A DNA stretch of 60,299 bases, the filler included, from Basidioascus undulatus (taxonomy: Eukaryota): the NCBI GenBank assembly GCA_000826855.1. It is 6 parts of 6 records of this genome, joined end to end, with 100 filler letters (N's around TTAATTAATTAA, not from the genome) between each part and the next. Parts side by side here need not be neighbours in the genome. Positions count along the whole stretch, not along the records: positions 40,279 to 50,239 come from JTLS01001194.1; positions 50,340 to 60,299 come from JTLS01001195.1; 4 more parts are not named here. One strand, 5' to 3'. The position numbers and the translations under genes are program-made. Below, piece by piece: positions 49,116 through 60,299 of this stretch (positions within the stretch are counted from its first letter, which is position 1; every line of letters begins with the position of its first letter). The notes beneath the pieces are model-generated. The model made no database searches and was not told the DNA's origin. It was given only the letters and a program-made list of their open reading frames with translations.

Positions 49116-49858
49116 GCGCCCCTCGCTGTCAGTTACAAGCCGCTTCCTTCACTTGCCCCGTTCTGCCACCTCCCGTTTCCTCACGCACCTTCTTCGCCTT
49201 CTTCTTTCCGAGCCCCTCCTGTTCATTGCCCATCGTTGCCGCTCTCCGCTTGTCCTTCGCTGCTGCCGGTGCCTGTTTTCCGGCGGGAGGAGGCAGAGGC
49301 GGGCGCGGGGAGGGGGCCAGGAAGACCGACGGCGTTAGTTTACTCGAGACTAAGCGGAGGAGGAAGAGCAGGAGCCGAGACACGGCATGAAGCCAGAGTC
49401 AAAAAGGGCTCAAGCAGATCTTTGACCTTGACGCTGCCGGCGTTGTTTCCTGACGCAAGTGAGGAAGGACCGCCATCAGTTCCTGTATCTATGACCGTTA
49501 TCATCGTGCTCCATAACGCGGGTGTCACCTTGGCCGCCATATGCGCATCAATCTCCCTTTGAACTTCCTTCTGCATGGCCTTCCGCTGCTTGTGTTCCTG
49601 CTCATTCTGTTGATTCCGACCACCAGGCCGTCAACGTTAGCAGGACGTTCTCGGTCGTGAGAATGAGGGATGAGGCGCAAAGCATGTGAGCAGTACGCAC
49701 ATTGCCTTGCGTCCTGAACACGATTTGCGAGCCGTAGGGCACCTGATGTTTGCTACACACTCAAAGGCAGACCGAACGCGCTCTATGCTGTTCGTTCAAT
49801 TTGCCCCAGCAATCCCACCGCATCCTCCAACCTCCCTTCCTCCACCCTTCCCCATCCC

Positions 49859-50191
49859 TCAGTTCTTCTTCGCCGCCCGCGCCGCCTGGCGCTCAGCAAG
49901 GTCGACGCCGACGAGGATCTTGCTGGCCTTCCAGAACTGGACGACGTTGATGACCTGCTTGATGAAGCAGACAGGGAAGCTGAGCAGCGCGACGAGCTGC
50001 GGCCACGTCAGGCCCACGAGGACCTGCTGCAGCGCCGTCGCCCACTCCGCAGGGAGGAATGGCGCGAGTGCCTCTGGGATGCGCGCGAGGGGAGTGAGCC
50101 ACAGCCCGATCGGCTGCAGCTTGGACGAGGCGATGATGTACAGGGCGACGAAGAAGATCTCGTTGCCGGCGCAGAAGGCGAAGAGCGTAAG
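49859..50191 (-). CDS. PIS1: Phosphatidylinositol synthase, last exon
   Basis: LFAFCAGNEIFFVALY...FPVCFIKQVINVVQFWKASKILVGVDLAER*, the PIS C-terminal signature. Confidence 0.9.
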   Translation of the reverse strand, partial: LTLFAFCAGNEIFFVALYIIASSKLQPIGLWLTPLARIPEALAPFLPAEWATALQQVLVGLTWPQLVALLSFPVCFIKQVINVVQFWKASKILVGVDLAERQAARAAKKN

Positions 50192-50239
50192 CTGCGCGGG
50201 GGAGGCGTTAGCTGGGCGTGCTGCTGCGTGTGGGAAAAC

Positions 50240-50339
50240 NNNNNNNNNNNNNNNNNNNNNNNNNNNNNNNNNNNNNNNNNNNNTTAATTAATTAANNNNN
50301 NNNNNNNNNNNNNNNNNNNNNNNNNNNNNNNNNNNNNNN
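50240..50339. other. Artificial contig spacer
   Basis: N44-TTAATTAATTAA-N44. Confidence 0.99.
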
Positions 50340-50667
50340 AACATCGTCAAAGCGCTGCGTATGCGGGTCACAATCTAATTTCTCATGAATACATATATTA
50401 CAAACACAACGAGCCGATGCAAGAACGCGGAAAAGAAGGGCGAGTACCCGGACGACAGGCACGCCTGTCGACAATCAATGATCCAGAAAAAATACAGGAA
50501 AGCCAAATGTCCCAAGAGAAGAAAGAAAATATCAGAAATCAGGGATCCGAACGATCAGACATATCGACGCCGCGCCGTATTTTTGCCGAGACCGAGACCA
50601 CTTCCAGCGAGAGACGAAGTGCGAACGACGCATGGCCGCAACATTCCCCAATTCCACCCCAACGAAA

Positions 50668-53600
50668 TCACGAGTTCGACCCGAGGGACGAGATGAGCTG
50701 GTTCCAGAACGACGCGCCGTCGTCGGTCCCGCCCCCAATGCCGTTCCCGACGCTGTGCCCGCCCACCCCGGCGTTCACATTGCCCATCATCTCAGGCACG
50801 CCGAGGCCGAGAAGCATCGCGATGCTGTCCGCGGGCGCGTCATGCCCGGGCCCGCCCAGCCCGCCGGCAGTCCACTGCGACGCGGTCGCCCCGCTGAAGC
50901 CCACGGCATCATTCTGCGAGCTCCCGGTGAGCGGGTCCGAGTGCGGCGCCGGCGCCGCGTTCGGCCAGTACCAGCTCGCCGTCGAGGTCGCGAGCGGTGC
51001 CGTCGGAGGCAGCGGCGGAGGAAGGGTTATAGGCGTGGGGTTGCTGGCTGGAGACGGGGATAGGAGGCGCGCCAGCGAGGCTTGAGACGACGAAGCCGGC
51101 TGCGAAGTCGCTGGGAACGGCGGGTTCGCGAACGGCTCGGACGCGGCCGGGGCTGGCGAAGCAGCGCCCGCGCCTGAGCTGGAGCCTGACTTGGCGCTGC
51201 TTTGGCTCAGGCCGAGGAGGAGATTAGCGCTGGCCGTGCTGGCGTCGGGTTGGGCGAAGCGCAGACCAGGATCGCGCTCGGTGCTCGCGTCGTCGCCGCT
51301 GTTCTCCTCGTCCCTCGACGGCGGGTCCATGTCCGAGCGTCGAACTGGTTGCGGAGTCCTCTTCGCGGCCTCCTCGGCCTTCTGCCGGAAGAGTTGGATG
51401 ATGCGCGTCTCGTTCACCACCGCTCTGCGTAATGTGAGGCAAGGTCAGAGAACTGTGGAAGGGAAGATAGGCAGAGTACGTACTCGTCGCCGGGGAAAGA
51501 CGGTAGCGCTTGCCGGTCGGCGATAAACGTATCGAGGATGTGCTTATATTGCTCCGCGTCGGGGCCGTGCTGCCGAATAAAAAACATGATCAGATTGGGC
51601 CGCGCGCAAGAATAATCACGCTCGGCGTACCGGCTCCAGCAGCAACGCAAGTGCCGAGATCAGGGTAGAATTGAAGATGCTGTCAACCGTCGTTGCGCAG
51701 TAGTCAGCCACCGACCGTTCGCGTCCCAGCAGACGCGACGAAGCCGCACGCACCGGTACTGCCCGCCTCCGAACCTCGCCAAGTTGCCCGACACCTCGCG
51801 CTTGAGCCGCTGACGCGCCTCAAAGTCCATCTTTGCGCTCTCGAAGCACGCCTTGCGGCTGGGCGCGAAGCGCGAGCTGTTGAGCTTGCGGAGGACCCAT
51901 GGACGGTGGAGCGAGATGCGCGTGAACATGCACTCGACGTGGAGAAGGAAGCGGTGTGTCGGGAGGAACGAGTGCGACGCGTCCAACGAACGGTCCGGGT
52001 TGTCAAAGCGGCTTTCGGAAGAACGCGTCATGAGCGAACGACGGGTCGGGTTCAAACGGCCGCAGACATACTAGTGAGGAGGAAGGCTGTTGAGGAAGCT
52101 GACGATTTCGCTGTCAAGGCGCAGGACGTTCGAGTAGCTGCAAGTCGCCGCCGTCAGCTTCTGATCGCCCCGGATGCGGGAATCGAGAATGCCAAGCACA
52201 CACCTGCTAGGCGCCCTCAGATTGAGGAAATGCTCGTTGCAGCGCGCGACGATCTGGACGAGCGTGTGACGCAGCACATGCGCGGTCATGACCGTCGGCG
52301 TGGTCAAAGGCTTCGGCACCGGCGGAGGCGCGTTCTCGCTGCCATCGTAGAAGTCTGCATCGTCGACCTGCAGTAACCGCGCACAATGGGTCAGACCTGC
52401 TGTCACAGCACAGCGGATCATAGGAGAACATACATTGGAAAGAGGAAGCGTGTCCGTGTAGGCAGGAATGATGCATGCCGGACGGCCGAGGATGAGAGCG
52501 AGCGTGCTGCGCAAGCCAGAAAAACAAAGTCAGCACTGACTCTGAATCGTGCGTACCCCTTCGCACTCACCTGTCGGCATGCTGCAGGTAGCTCCACAGC
52601 CTGCGGCGGTATTCCGTCTCCCAGGCGGACAGACCAAGCTTCGCACCGTCCCGGTGCATTCCGATGCTCTGCGCCGTCCTGCAGTATCGTTACAATCAGC
52701 ATTCGGTTCCCAAAACTCACGTATCGCTCATGCTATGTACCGGATAGCCGCGCCCAGCTGAGCCCAACATTCCGTGAGCTTGCGCTCGTTGATGAGCAGG
52801 CGAGTGCTGAAGACCACCCGATCCGAGAACGTCAGCCTCCGACGCCTCCGAGTCCAGCGCATCAGAGGCGTACTTCAGCAGGCGCGTAATCACGAGCTCT
52901 AGACATTCGCCCTGGACGGCAGTCGCAATGAGCGCGCTCCTCCTCGCTGAACGCAAACAAACGACAGTTAATACAAGCACTCCCGGACTGTGACTTTGAC
53001 GACACGACTAACCCGACCAGTACAGCTTGAGCGCCCAAAGCCTCCTCTGGTTCTCGCCGCGGACGCTGCCGACCGCAGCCGTCATCTCCTCGCCTGGGGC
53101 GAAGCGGATAGTGGTAGCCAGAACGATGAAGACGAGAGGCAAGTACCTGAAGAGCGTTATTGTCAGTCCCTGCTGCGGCTAGCCGCCACATAGACCGAGG
53201 GAAGATGCACTTGACGTCCACCGCCTCGATGGCATGGCGCTTGCGGCAGATGTTTTCGTACGCGGCGCGGAACGCGCGCTCGTCCTGCCGTGTATCAAGT
53301 CCTCCGAGATGAGCTTCTCAATAAATCGAGCGAGCCAGGCCAGGGAGAGGCAATGACGCACAATCGGATAGCGCGTCCAGTTGATGTGCGCGAAGAACGA
53401 GTCCACCAGGCCGTCGGCGATGTGTTTCGCAGGCAGGTCGTTGACGAGCTCGACGAGCGTCTGCGGGCTGACGCCGCACTCCTCCACGAGCCTCGCGAGT
53501 TGCTCGGCTGCAGATCGGCTCTGCTGCGTCGCATGCGTCTGGAGCTGGCTGGTCGCATCCTTCCCTCCGACCTGTCCGTCCACCAAGACCCACAATCAGC

Positions 53601-54638
53601 ATGCCCCTTCCTTTCCTTTCACCAACCCCATGCCCCTTCCTTTTCTTTCAACAACCCCTTCACCGCCGGCTTACCTTCTCGACCAAATCGAATGTGTCCT
53701 CCACATTCAGGCTGCTAGGCCCATACCAGTTTCCGCTCTGATGCAGCGTGCCCGTCGCGGCCGGCCCAATGCCCACGTTCGCGAGCTCGTCCGGTTCCTC
53801 AGGCTCCTCGGGCTCCTCGGTCGTCTTGCGGCGCTTGGCCGCGGGCGGCGACTTGTCGTCCCGCAGGAGGGGAAGCAGGCTCTCGAGCAGGTTCTCGACG
53901 CGCGCGAGCCGGTTGTTCACGTCTGACTCGTCCTGCCCCGGCATGAACGTCTTGCAGAGGTGCGGCACCTTGCGCGCGATGCAGTGCTGACAGGGAACTC
54001 TTTGGGCGAAAGTAGGACAGTCAGCTATCCTCCCCTCTCCGCGCTGAAGCGATCATGGACTCACTCGCGATTGCACTTCTGCTTCCGGCGATGGCACTGC
54101 GAAGACGACAGCATCAGCAAGGCGTGCACTACTGCAAAGCATAGTTTCGCGTCGGTTCTCCAGCCAACATCTCTATGGGCTGTGACAGTTCCGCTGCCCA
54201 TCCTGCAGTCCATCTCGCAGCCTGTAGCCCGCGCTGAGCGACTTGCCCGCTCACCTCAGTGCAAGCTGTCTCTCCCCAACCTCCTATCAGCACTCCATTT
54301 CACACACCCCCGAGCTCAGCCATCAAATATAACTCACAGTAGTGTACCCTCGCCCGGCTCCTCTTCTTCCCCCTCGGCCTCGGCGTGTCCTCTTCTGGGC
54401 TCGGCGCAGCGTCCGCCTGCATGCTGCCCGTGCTCGGTCCCGCGAGCGCGGTCAGCGGCGGCGCGTAGATCACCTGAGGCGGCGACGGCTGCTGCTGGGC
54501 CTTCTTCTGCGCTAGGAGCTGCGCGAGCTGCTGGCTGTTTGGGCCGGCGTGCTGCTGGAGTGGGGGAGCATGCTGGGGTGGGGGCGACTGCTGGCCGTGG
54601 GCCAGTAGTGGTGGTGGTGGTTGGGAAGGCGCGCTCAT
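50668..54638 (-). CDS. Zn(II)2Cys6 transcription factor with fungal-specific TF domain
   Basis: Spliced SCTECHRRKQKCNREVPCQHCIARKVPHLC, a coiled coil RLARVENLL, and middle homology region LVDSFFAHINWTRYPI, LALILGRP, RISLHRPW. Confidence 0.92.
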
Positions 54639-55245
54639 GGCCCGGGAGACTCGATTATATTCGCCAGGCTACGCGTTTCGTGGACGTGCCCTTGGAATTA
54701 CGGCTGAATTACGGCCTAGGACGCGTCGGGCGTGGAGGGTGTCGGGCGAGATGCGTGGCGGCAGTGTTCGGAGGGGAAGGATTTTCGGCCAATTCGCCCG
54801 GATCATGACTCGAAGCGATTACGTCAGGTTATCGCAGGGATTTACAGCCAGTTCCAAGTCACATATTGTCTATTTCGTGCAAGACTACGCCAGCCAAAAA
54901 ACAAAGAAAAATAAGCATCATTGCAGGAAATGTGGTGCACAGTCGGGGAAGAAGACGATCGTCAGCGCGACGTGACTGTGACGGACACCGTGGCATGGCG
55001 GCAGAAGCCTCTCCGCCCGCAACTTCGCGACGCGGCCAAACTTGCGAGACTGCGCGTGAAAACAACAACCAGATAGGCAGAAGAAACGGGTTTTCGTCGA
55101 AAACCATAGACTAGGCTGCAGAGGACTGCGGCGAGCGCATGCGAGGGGACGTTCTCATTCAGACACATTTGCTACGTCGACAGTCACTACTACATGTACT
55201 GCATAAAGAAACTGCCGATGAGGGCGTCCAGACTGGTCCACAGGT

Positions 55246-56240
55246 TTAAGCCGGGCCTTTCGCTATGACTGATCCAGGCTGTTGCGAATAACCTGACCAC
55301 GACTGAAAGCGAGATACGTCAGGTACCGTTCGAAATGCAGGCAGGCAGCAAGCTACAGAGTCCCAACGTACCTCGTCGTAAAATGCGAGTCGATGACGAT
55401 CTTCTGAAGAGATATCCAAATTATGGCGGCGCTCAATCCTCCACCACAAGCTGTCCGTTCCAAGCCAGAAAGTCAGCGCGTTACACAGCAGTAGAGAGCC
55501 AATGACTGGGCGTCGGTGGCTGAGCAGGTCCAGAGTGTTTTCCTCCCCGGTAGCTTCAACAAGCCTCGTCTTGAAGTCTTCCCGGGAGAGTAGGGTTGGT
55601 AGTGGAAGATCCGAGTAGACGCAGTCACAAGAGTCGGGAAAGGAAGAGAGAACGAGTGAGGAATGTGCCCGGACTTGGGGTCGTCTGAGAATCCCGTGAA
55701 GGTCTCCCCGTGTCGCGCGTCGAGGATAAAGGTCCCATCGGTTTCCGAATATGGCAAACGCGAAGAAACCTCTTGAACGTGCTCGTACGCTGGCGTATGC
55801 AGCCGAAGAGGTCAGCCGGCGTGCCCCGCCGTGGTGCATGGAAAGCACCTACATGCGATGAAGTCTTCCCGCAGGCGAGGTATGGGATAGGTTAACGTCT
55901 GTAATACTCATGAATTAGTTTTACAAGACCTCCTCAAATGTGTGCTTGCATACCTCATACGGCTGGGGCTCTCCCTCCTCCAGCTTCACGCCTTCCGCGA
56001 TCGCCCGCGGCAGTCCTCCATCCAGCAGGGACACCTTCTCGTGACCATAAGCCTGTTTAAACCCAAGCACTTCAATACACTAAAGTTTTGCTGGGACAAA
56101 TAACGAAATCAATTGACCTTGAAAGTGAAAACCGCCCTGGCGCCGCGAAGACGCCGTCCGTGTCATACACGACGACGTGCGCGTTCGGCGTGATACCAAG
56201 TCTCCCCGCATATTCGGCAATTTGCTCAAGAGAGCGTAAA
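55246..56240 (-). pseudogene. TUM1: Tandem-rhodanese sulfurtransferase (TUM1/MPST-like) pseudogene fragment
   Basis: GRLGITPNAHVVVYDTDGVFAAP, YGHEKVSLLDGGLP, ILDAR, SGHIPHSFSLPF and FYDESWSGY. There is a frameshift at the expected PRAVFTFK, no CGSG active site is readable, and the N-terminus is missing. Confidence 0.75.
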
Positions 56241-56364
56241 ACCCATCTACCATCTTGTCGGCGTCGGGGCCACTCCGTACCGACAGAAAATCGGGCGAGG
56301 CGAGTTTAGCAATATTTCTTTTCCACCCCCCCAGTGTCTATGGGCCTATAAAGTATCCCTACAG

Positions 56365-57093
56365 AGCTACTCGAGGCATGGACCCCCGCGGTTGTGAAGG
56401 GCAACGCTGCAGAGATCGGCCACATCATCGGAAACACTGAGGTGAGGGGTTCGTTGTCAAAGCTCTAGTGATCGCGGAAGGTTTGACTTACCAGCTTTCC
56501 ATTTTTACAGGCCGCGTCGCGGGGGTTCGACAGCGACGGCACTTTCAGGAACCCCGGCGAAGTGCTATACAACAAGCGGCGGCGAAACACAGTGAGCCGT
56601 TTTTTCGGTCTTGCTCTTCTTGTTAACATTGGGACTCATGCGAAATCCTGCAGGTTCCATCTTCGTCGTCCATGGCCCCGTAGATTGGATCAGCGATCGG
56701 GTCAACAGTCGTCAAGCTTCGAACGGCCAGCCGCTACTTGGTAAAGTCAGCGGCAGCGGGTGCGTAACGGGAACCGCTATCGCCGTGTTCACACGCGTCG
56801 CTCGGGCTGCAGCGCACTCCACAGGCGAGGGCGGTTTCGGCGACCAGCTCGCCGCGGCTGTCGCTGGGTAAGTCCTGTCGGTGGATCTTACCTGGTTGAG
56901 GATTTTCAGGGCTTACGCTTGGAGTCGCGCTTGCAGTATCCTCGTCTTCGGGATTGCGGGCGAGCTGGTCGCTGCACGAGCTCAAGAGCGGGGCTCATCC
57001 CGAGCAGCGTTCATCGACGAGTTGGAAAAGTTGACTCCGGAGGTTCCGAGCAGAATCGAGAAACGCGGCAGTCCGCGACAGTGTTCGCGCTGA
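56365..57093 (+). pseudogene. THI6: Hydroxyethylthiazole kinase domain (THI6 C-terminal / ThiM-like) fragment
   Basis: VVKGNAAEI, SRGFDS, GPVDWISD, SNGQPLLGKVSGSGC and AFIDEL. It lacks the N-terminal part and shows local frameshifts. Confidence 0.75.
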
Positions 57094-57399
57094 CCATCTC
57101 ACCTTTCCGACCAACTGGCTTCTCAACTGGCTTCCGTACTCGTTCTTACCACCCTCGCTAGAATATTGCATGTAGACCTGTTCTTAGGTAACGTCACATG
57201 TTTCTTACAGCAGTTTACCAACCGGATAATGTCTCCCGCGCAGCTTCCAGACCACTCAGTCGGGCGGGGGAAGCGCAATCATTACTAACGTAGAACAAAT
57301 GCGGAAGTCCGCTGTGGAGATGCTTTGAGTACAGGTAAATATTGAAGTTCTAAATCGTCCTATTTGCACCCCAGCCAGATGCCCTCAACTGCCGTCTTG

Positions 57400-58040
57400 A
57401 ATGGTGTCCTCGATCCAGCCGTAGTACCCGTCGTGGGAAGCGAAGCGTGCACGCTTGCCGTGCTTGATGACAATCAGAGCCGTCGCGAAATCGCCATGGT
57501 GATGAAAGCGACTCGATGTTGGCTACTTGAACCTCCTTGCTGGTAGCACATCATCCTTCCCCTGACCGAGATCAACTGGCTTTCCTCCATCTGGGGCCCT
57601 GATGCGAACGAGTTCCGCCCCGAGTGCTGGCTCGAGAAGGACGGCATCCCCGACTCGGCCCGCCAGCTGCCGCCGGGCTACTCGCACATCTTCACTTTCC
57701 TCGACGTTATCTCGTGCTTGTCTTGGCATGCGTTTTGGTACTTAGACCACAAAATTCTCAGGTGAATCAGAAAACTGACCCGTGCCGGACCGCACTCATA
57801 GCTCTCGCCGAGATGCGAGTCATCTTGTCTACGCTCATTGCCGTGTTCACGTTCCGACCCGACGAGGACGATGCGCTCCCGCTAGACATTGTGTCGCCGG
57901 CGCAGATGATGATTCGAGCCCAGGATCTCTGCCGGAAGGTGTACGGGGTGCCGCTGCGTATCAAACCTATGGATGCCACGACATCTTCCGGCAAAAGCGT
58001 AGGTCCTTCATATGAGTCGAGTGCTGCCCTTTCGTGTTGA
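57400..58040 (+). pseudogene. Cytochrome P450 C-terminal pseudogene fragment
   Basis: IWGPDANEFRPECWL (PERW motif decayed), then TFLD and RACLGMRFALAEM in different frames, i.e. a frameshift inside the heme motif. No N-terminal portion. Confidence 0.8.
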
Positions 58041-58409
58041 ACCAAGTTTCCCAATAGCCGTGAAAGGTTATCGTGTTGTGCCGACTTGCTCTTGTCTTAT
58101 GTGTTCTAACTTCGGAAGTTCAATCAATTTGTCTTCTCTGTCGTGCTGTGGTCCTAACGTGCAAGGGACTGCGGATTGAACTAATGCTCCGGGGGACTTC
58201 TGGATATCGACCAACAACATTGCGTCTTAGTCTCGTAGAAGTATAGAGCGACTGTCGCGCGAATCCCTAAAATGACAGAGCAGTGCGACTGCACAAGAGC
58301 CATACGCCAGTGTCGCAGCGTATTCCTCACATCCAGCGCTGCAACCATCTAACGCCGAGTCCATCCCCTCCTTCATTCCCCACCCATTCCTTCGCTTCCC
58401 CTTTCCCCC

Positions 58410-59823
58410 TCAACCCCTATACCGCCCCCTCTCCACCCCGCGATACCCCAAGCCCCTCACGACATACACATCCCCGCCCTCCAGGAACCTCCCCACATGG
58501 TCGCCCGACACGCGGCTCGATGCCGACGTCACATAGAGCTCGTCGAGGTCCGGCCCGCCAAAGACGCAGCACGTCATGTTCCCGCAGTGCGGGAAGCGCA
58601 CCTCGTCCGTGACGGTCCCGTCCGGCGCGAAACGGACGACACGGCTGTCTTGCCAGCGGGCACTCCAGATCCCGCCCTGAGAGGCGGGCGAGTGAGTGGG
58701 GAAGAGGGAGAGGGAAGGGAAGAGGAGATAGAGAAGGGGGAGGGGCACAGACGCACCTGGTCGTCCATGCACAGGCCGTCGGGCGTCCCATTGTACGGCG
58801 GCGCAGTGCAGTGGAAGACTTTCCGGGACAACAGATCGAGCGCGCTCGTGTACGGGTCGTACGCGAACGTGAAGATCGTGCCTTTGCGGGAGTCGGTCCA
58901 GTAGCTGCAGAAGAAATATAAGGAGTTTAAGCGATAGATGGAGCAGGAGCAGAAATACGAAGATGCACAAAGTCTTCCCGTCCGGTGACCATCCCGCCCC
59001 ATTCGGAGCATTACACCCATCGAGCAGCTTCCTCGTCCTCACGGACCCTCCCGCATTCTCATCCCCCATCTCTCCCTCCCCAACCCCCTGCGCCCCCTGA
59101 ACATCCTCGACCCTTCGCCCGCCCTCCAGCGGCTCCAGCATCCACATGACCCCGTCCTCCCTCTCCTCATCCTTCCCAATGGTCCCGCACAAGAATGCCC
59201 CGCGCGCGTCGCACGCGCCATCGTTAAAGCGCGCTGTCTGCGCGTGCAGCGCGCGCGGGATCGGAGGGGTCAGGTGCTCCAGCGGGCGCGGGGTGGTGGA
59301 CGACGTCGGGGGGAAGGGGAGCGAGGAGGAAGGGATGAATACGAAGGTGTGGAGGGCGGCGGCGATTAGCTGTGTGTGTGGGGAAGGAAGGTTGAGCATG
59401 GTGATGGTGGGTTTTGAGGGTGGAATGTGGGGTTTGGGACAAAGACGCACCCCCTCCCCGTCCTCACGCAGGGCAATGCACCCAATCGGCTCGGAGAACG
59501 TTTCGAAACCCCAGATACCCGAGCTCGGCTCGTACGTGTACACGCGGTGTCGGAGGATGTCGAGGAAGTAGAGGCGCTGCACGCGGGTGTCCTGCTCATC
59601 CGCCGTCGCCAACCATGGGCGCGTCAATCATCCAGCCTGAGCGCAGGTGGAATCTATTTATTCACGAGAACACTTACCCAGACGCATCCTGGATGGCATA
59701 TTCGTGAGCAGGCATGCGAGTCAGGTCTCGAGAGGAAGGAGCGCTCGCTCACTCACCTTCCCCAAGCTCGCACTGCGTCCTCAAGAGAGGCTCAGGGCCC
59801 TGAACAATACGCGGGGAGGCCAT
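58410..59823 (-). CDS. SMP-30/gluconolactonase/regucalcin family protein
   Basis: CELGEGCVWD, RFNDGACD, PNGAGWSPDGKTLYWTDS, PDGLCMD and TCCVFGGPDLDELYVTSA. Confidence 0.93.
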
Positions 59824-60299
59824 CCACGTATCTTGAACGTTGCTGGATCTGTGAGGTTTCTTGGTGGCTAGCGTTGGGATGAGGGCAAGAGCAAGGGGAG
59901 CAGGGGCACCGCTTCTAGCCGTCGCTTCGCCGGGCCGGCGCTCCGAAGTGACGTTCGTCTCCAACCGCGATGTTTCTCGTCGCCGGCAAAACAGCGTCCG
60001 CATCTACCTGGTCGATCCAAGTATTATGTGTAATCGCGCTTCAAGCAAGCGGATTCAGGCAAAGGCAGCGCTCGGGTAGAGCGCAGGTCTGAGCTTCTCA
60101 ACTGCCGCGTGCCATGCTGGACCTTGCACACGCTCGAACTGCGCATACCCTCCGAATGGGAATTGAGCGCACAAACGAAAACGCTGGGCGGAGGTGATAA
60201 AGCAGGCCGGGTTTGGTCGTGTTTAGCTGGGAGGGTATGAGTGAGCATCGGGACGTTCTACCTCGTAACCCGCAAAGACAAGCCCATAAGGCTGAGTTC

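Noticed and set aside
9999..50339. TTAATTAATTAA recurring about every 10 kb, and any gene cluster spanning these points
   Set aside because: These are artificial N-flanked contig linkers, so neighbours across them are not physically linked.

Overview
This window is eukaryotic. It is an intron-rich, GC-rich fungal genome that looks basidiomycete; Pucciniomycotina is a guess. It is not one locus: six contigs of about 10 kb are joined by artificial 100-nt spacers (N44-TTAATTAATTAA-N44), so adjacency across spacers means nothing. Most genes are split into many short exons and had to be assembled by hand from GT-AG junctions, so internal boundaries are approximate. Recognisable genes by contig: (1) SQ/TQ-cluster protein start, divergent mitochondrial-carrier-like protein, DUF2841 protein with a MADS-like N-terminus, MZT1, a ~22-exon AA9 LPMO and a CpG-erased copia gag relic; (2) VHS/GAT-like protein, Upf1-like SF1 helicase and a BRCT+Myb (Rap1-like) gene; (3) DHX57/DHX36-like DEAH helicase, a PD-(D/E)XK-like relic and MUS81; (4) an F-box-like ORF, a putative GT-B glycosyltransferase and a DCAF4-like WD40 gene; (5) HAL-family kinase end, a malate-dehydrogenase-family enzyme, METTL21-like methyltransferase, EF-hand protein, transposase relic and PIS1 end; (6) Zn2Cys6 transcription factor, three adjacent pseudogene fragments (TUM1-like, THI6-like, P450) and SMP-30/regucalcin. 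The best candidates for novelty are an MDH paralogue whose specificity loop has Arg-to-Lys plus a 5-residue insertion, the same length change seen in apicomplexan LDHs; an intact AA9 with an altered copper-site motif; and the MADS-like + DUF2841 architecture. All family assignments come from motif recall; no database search was run.
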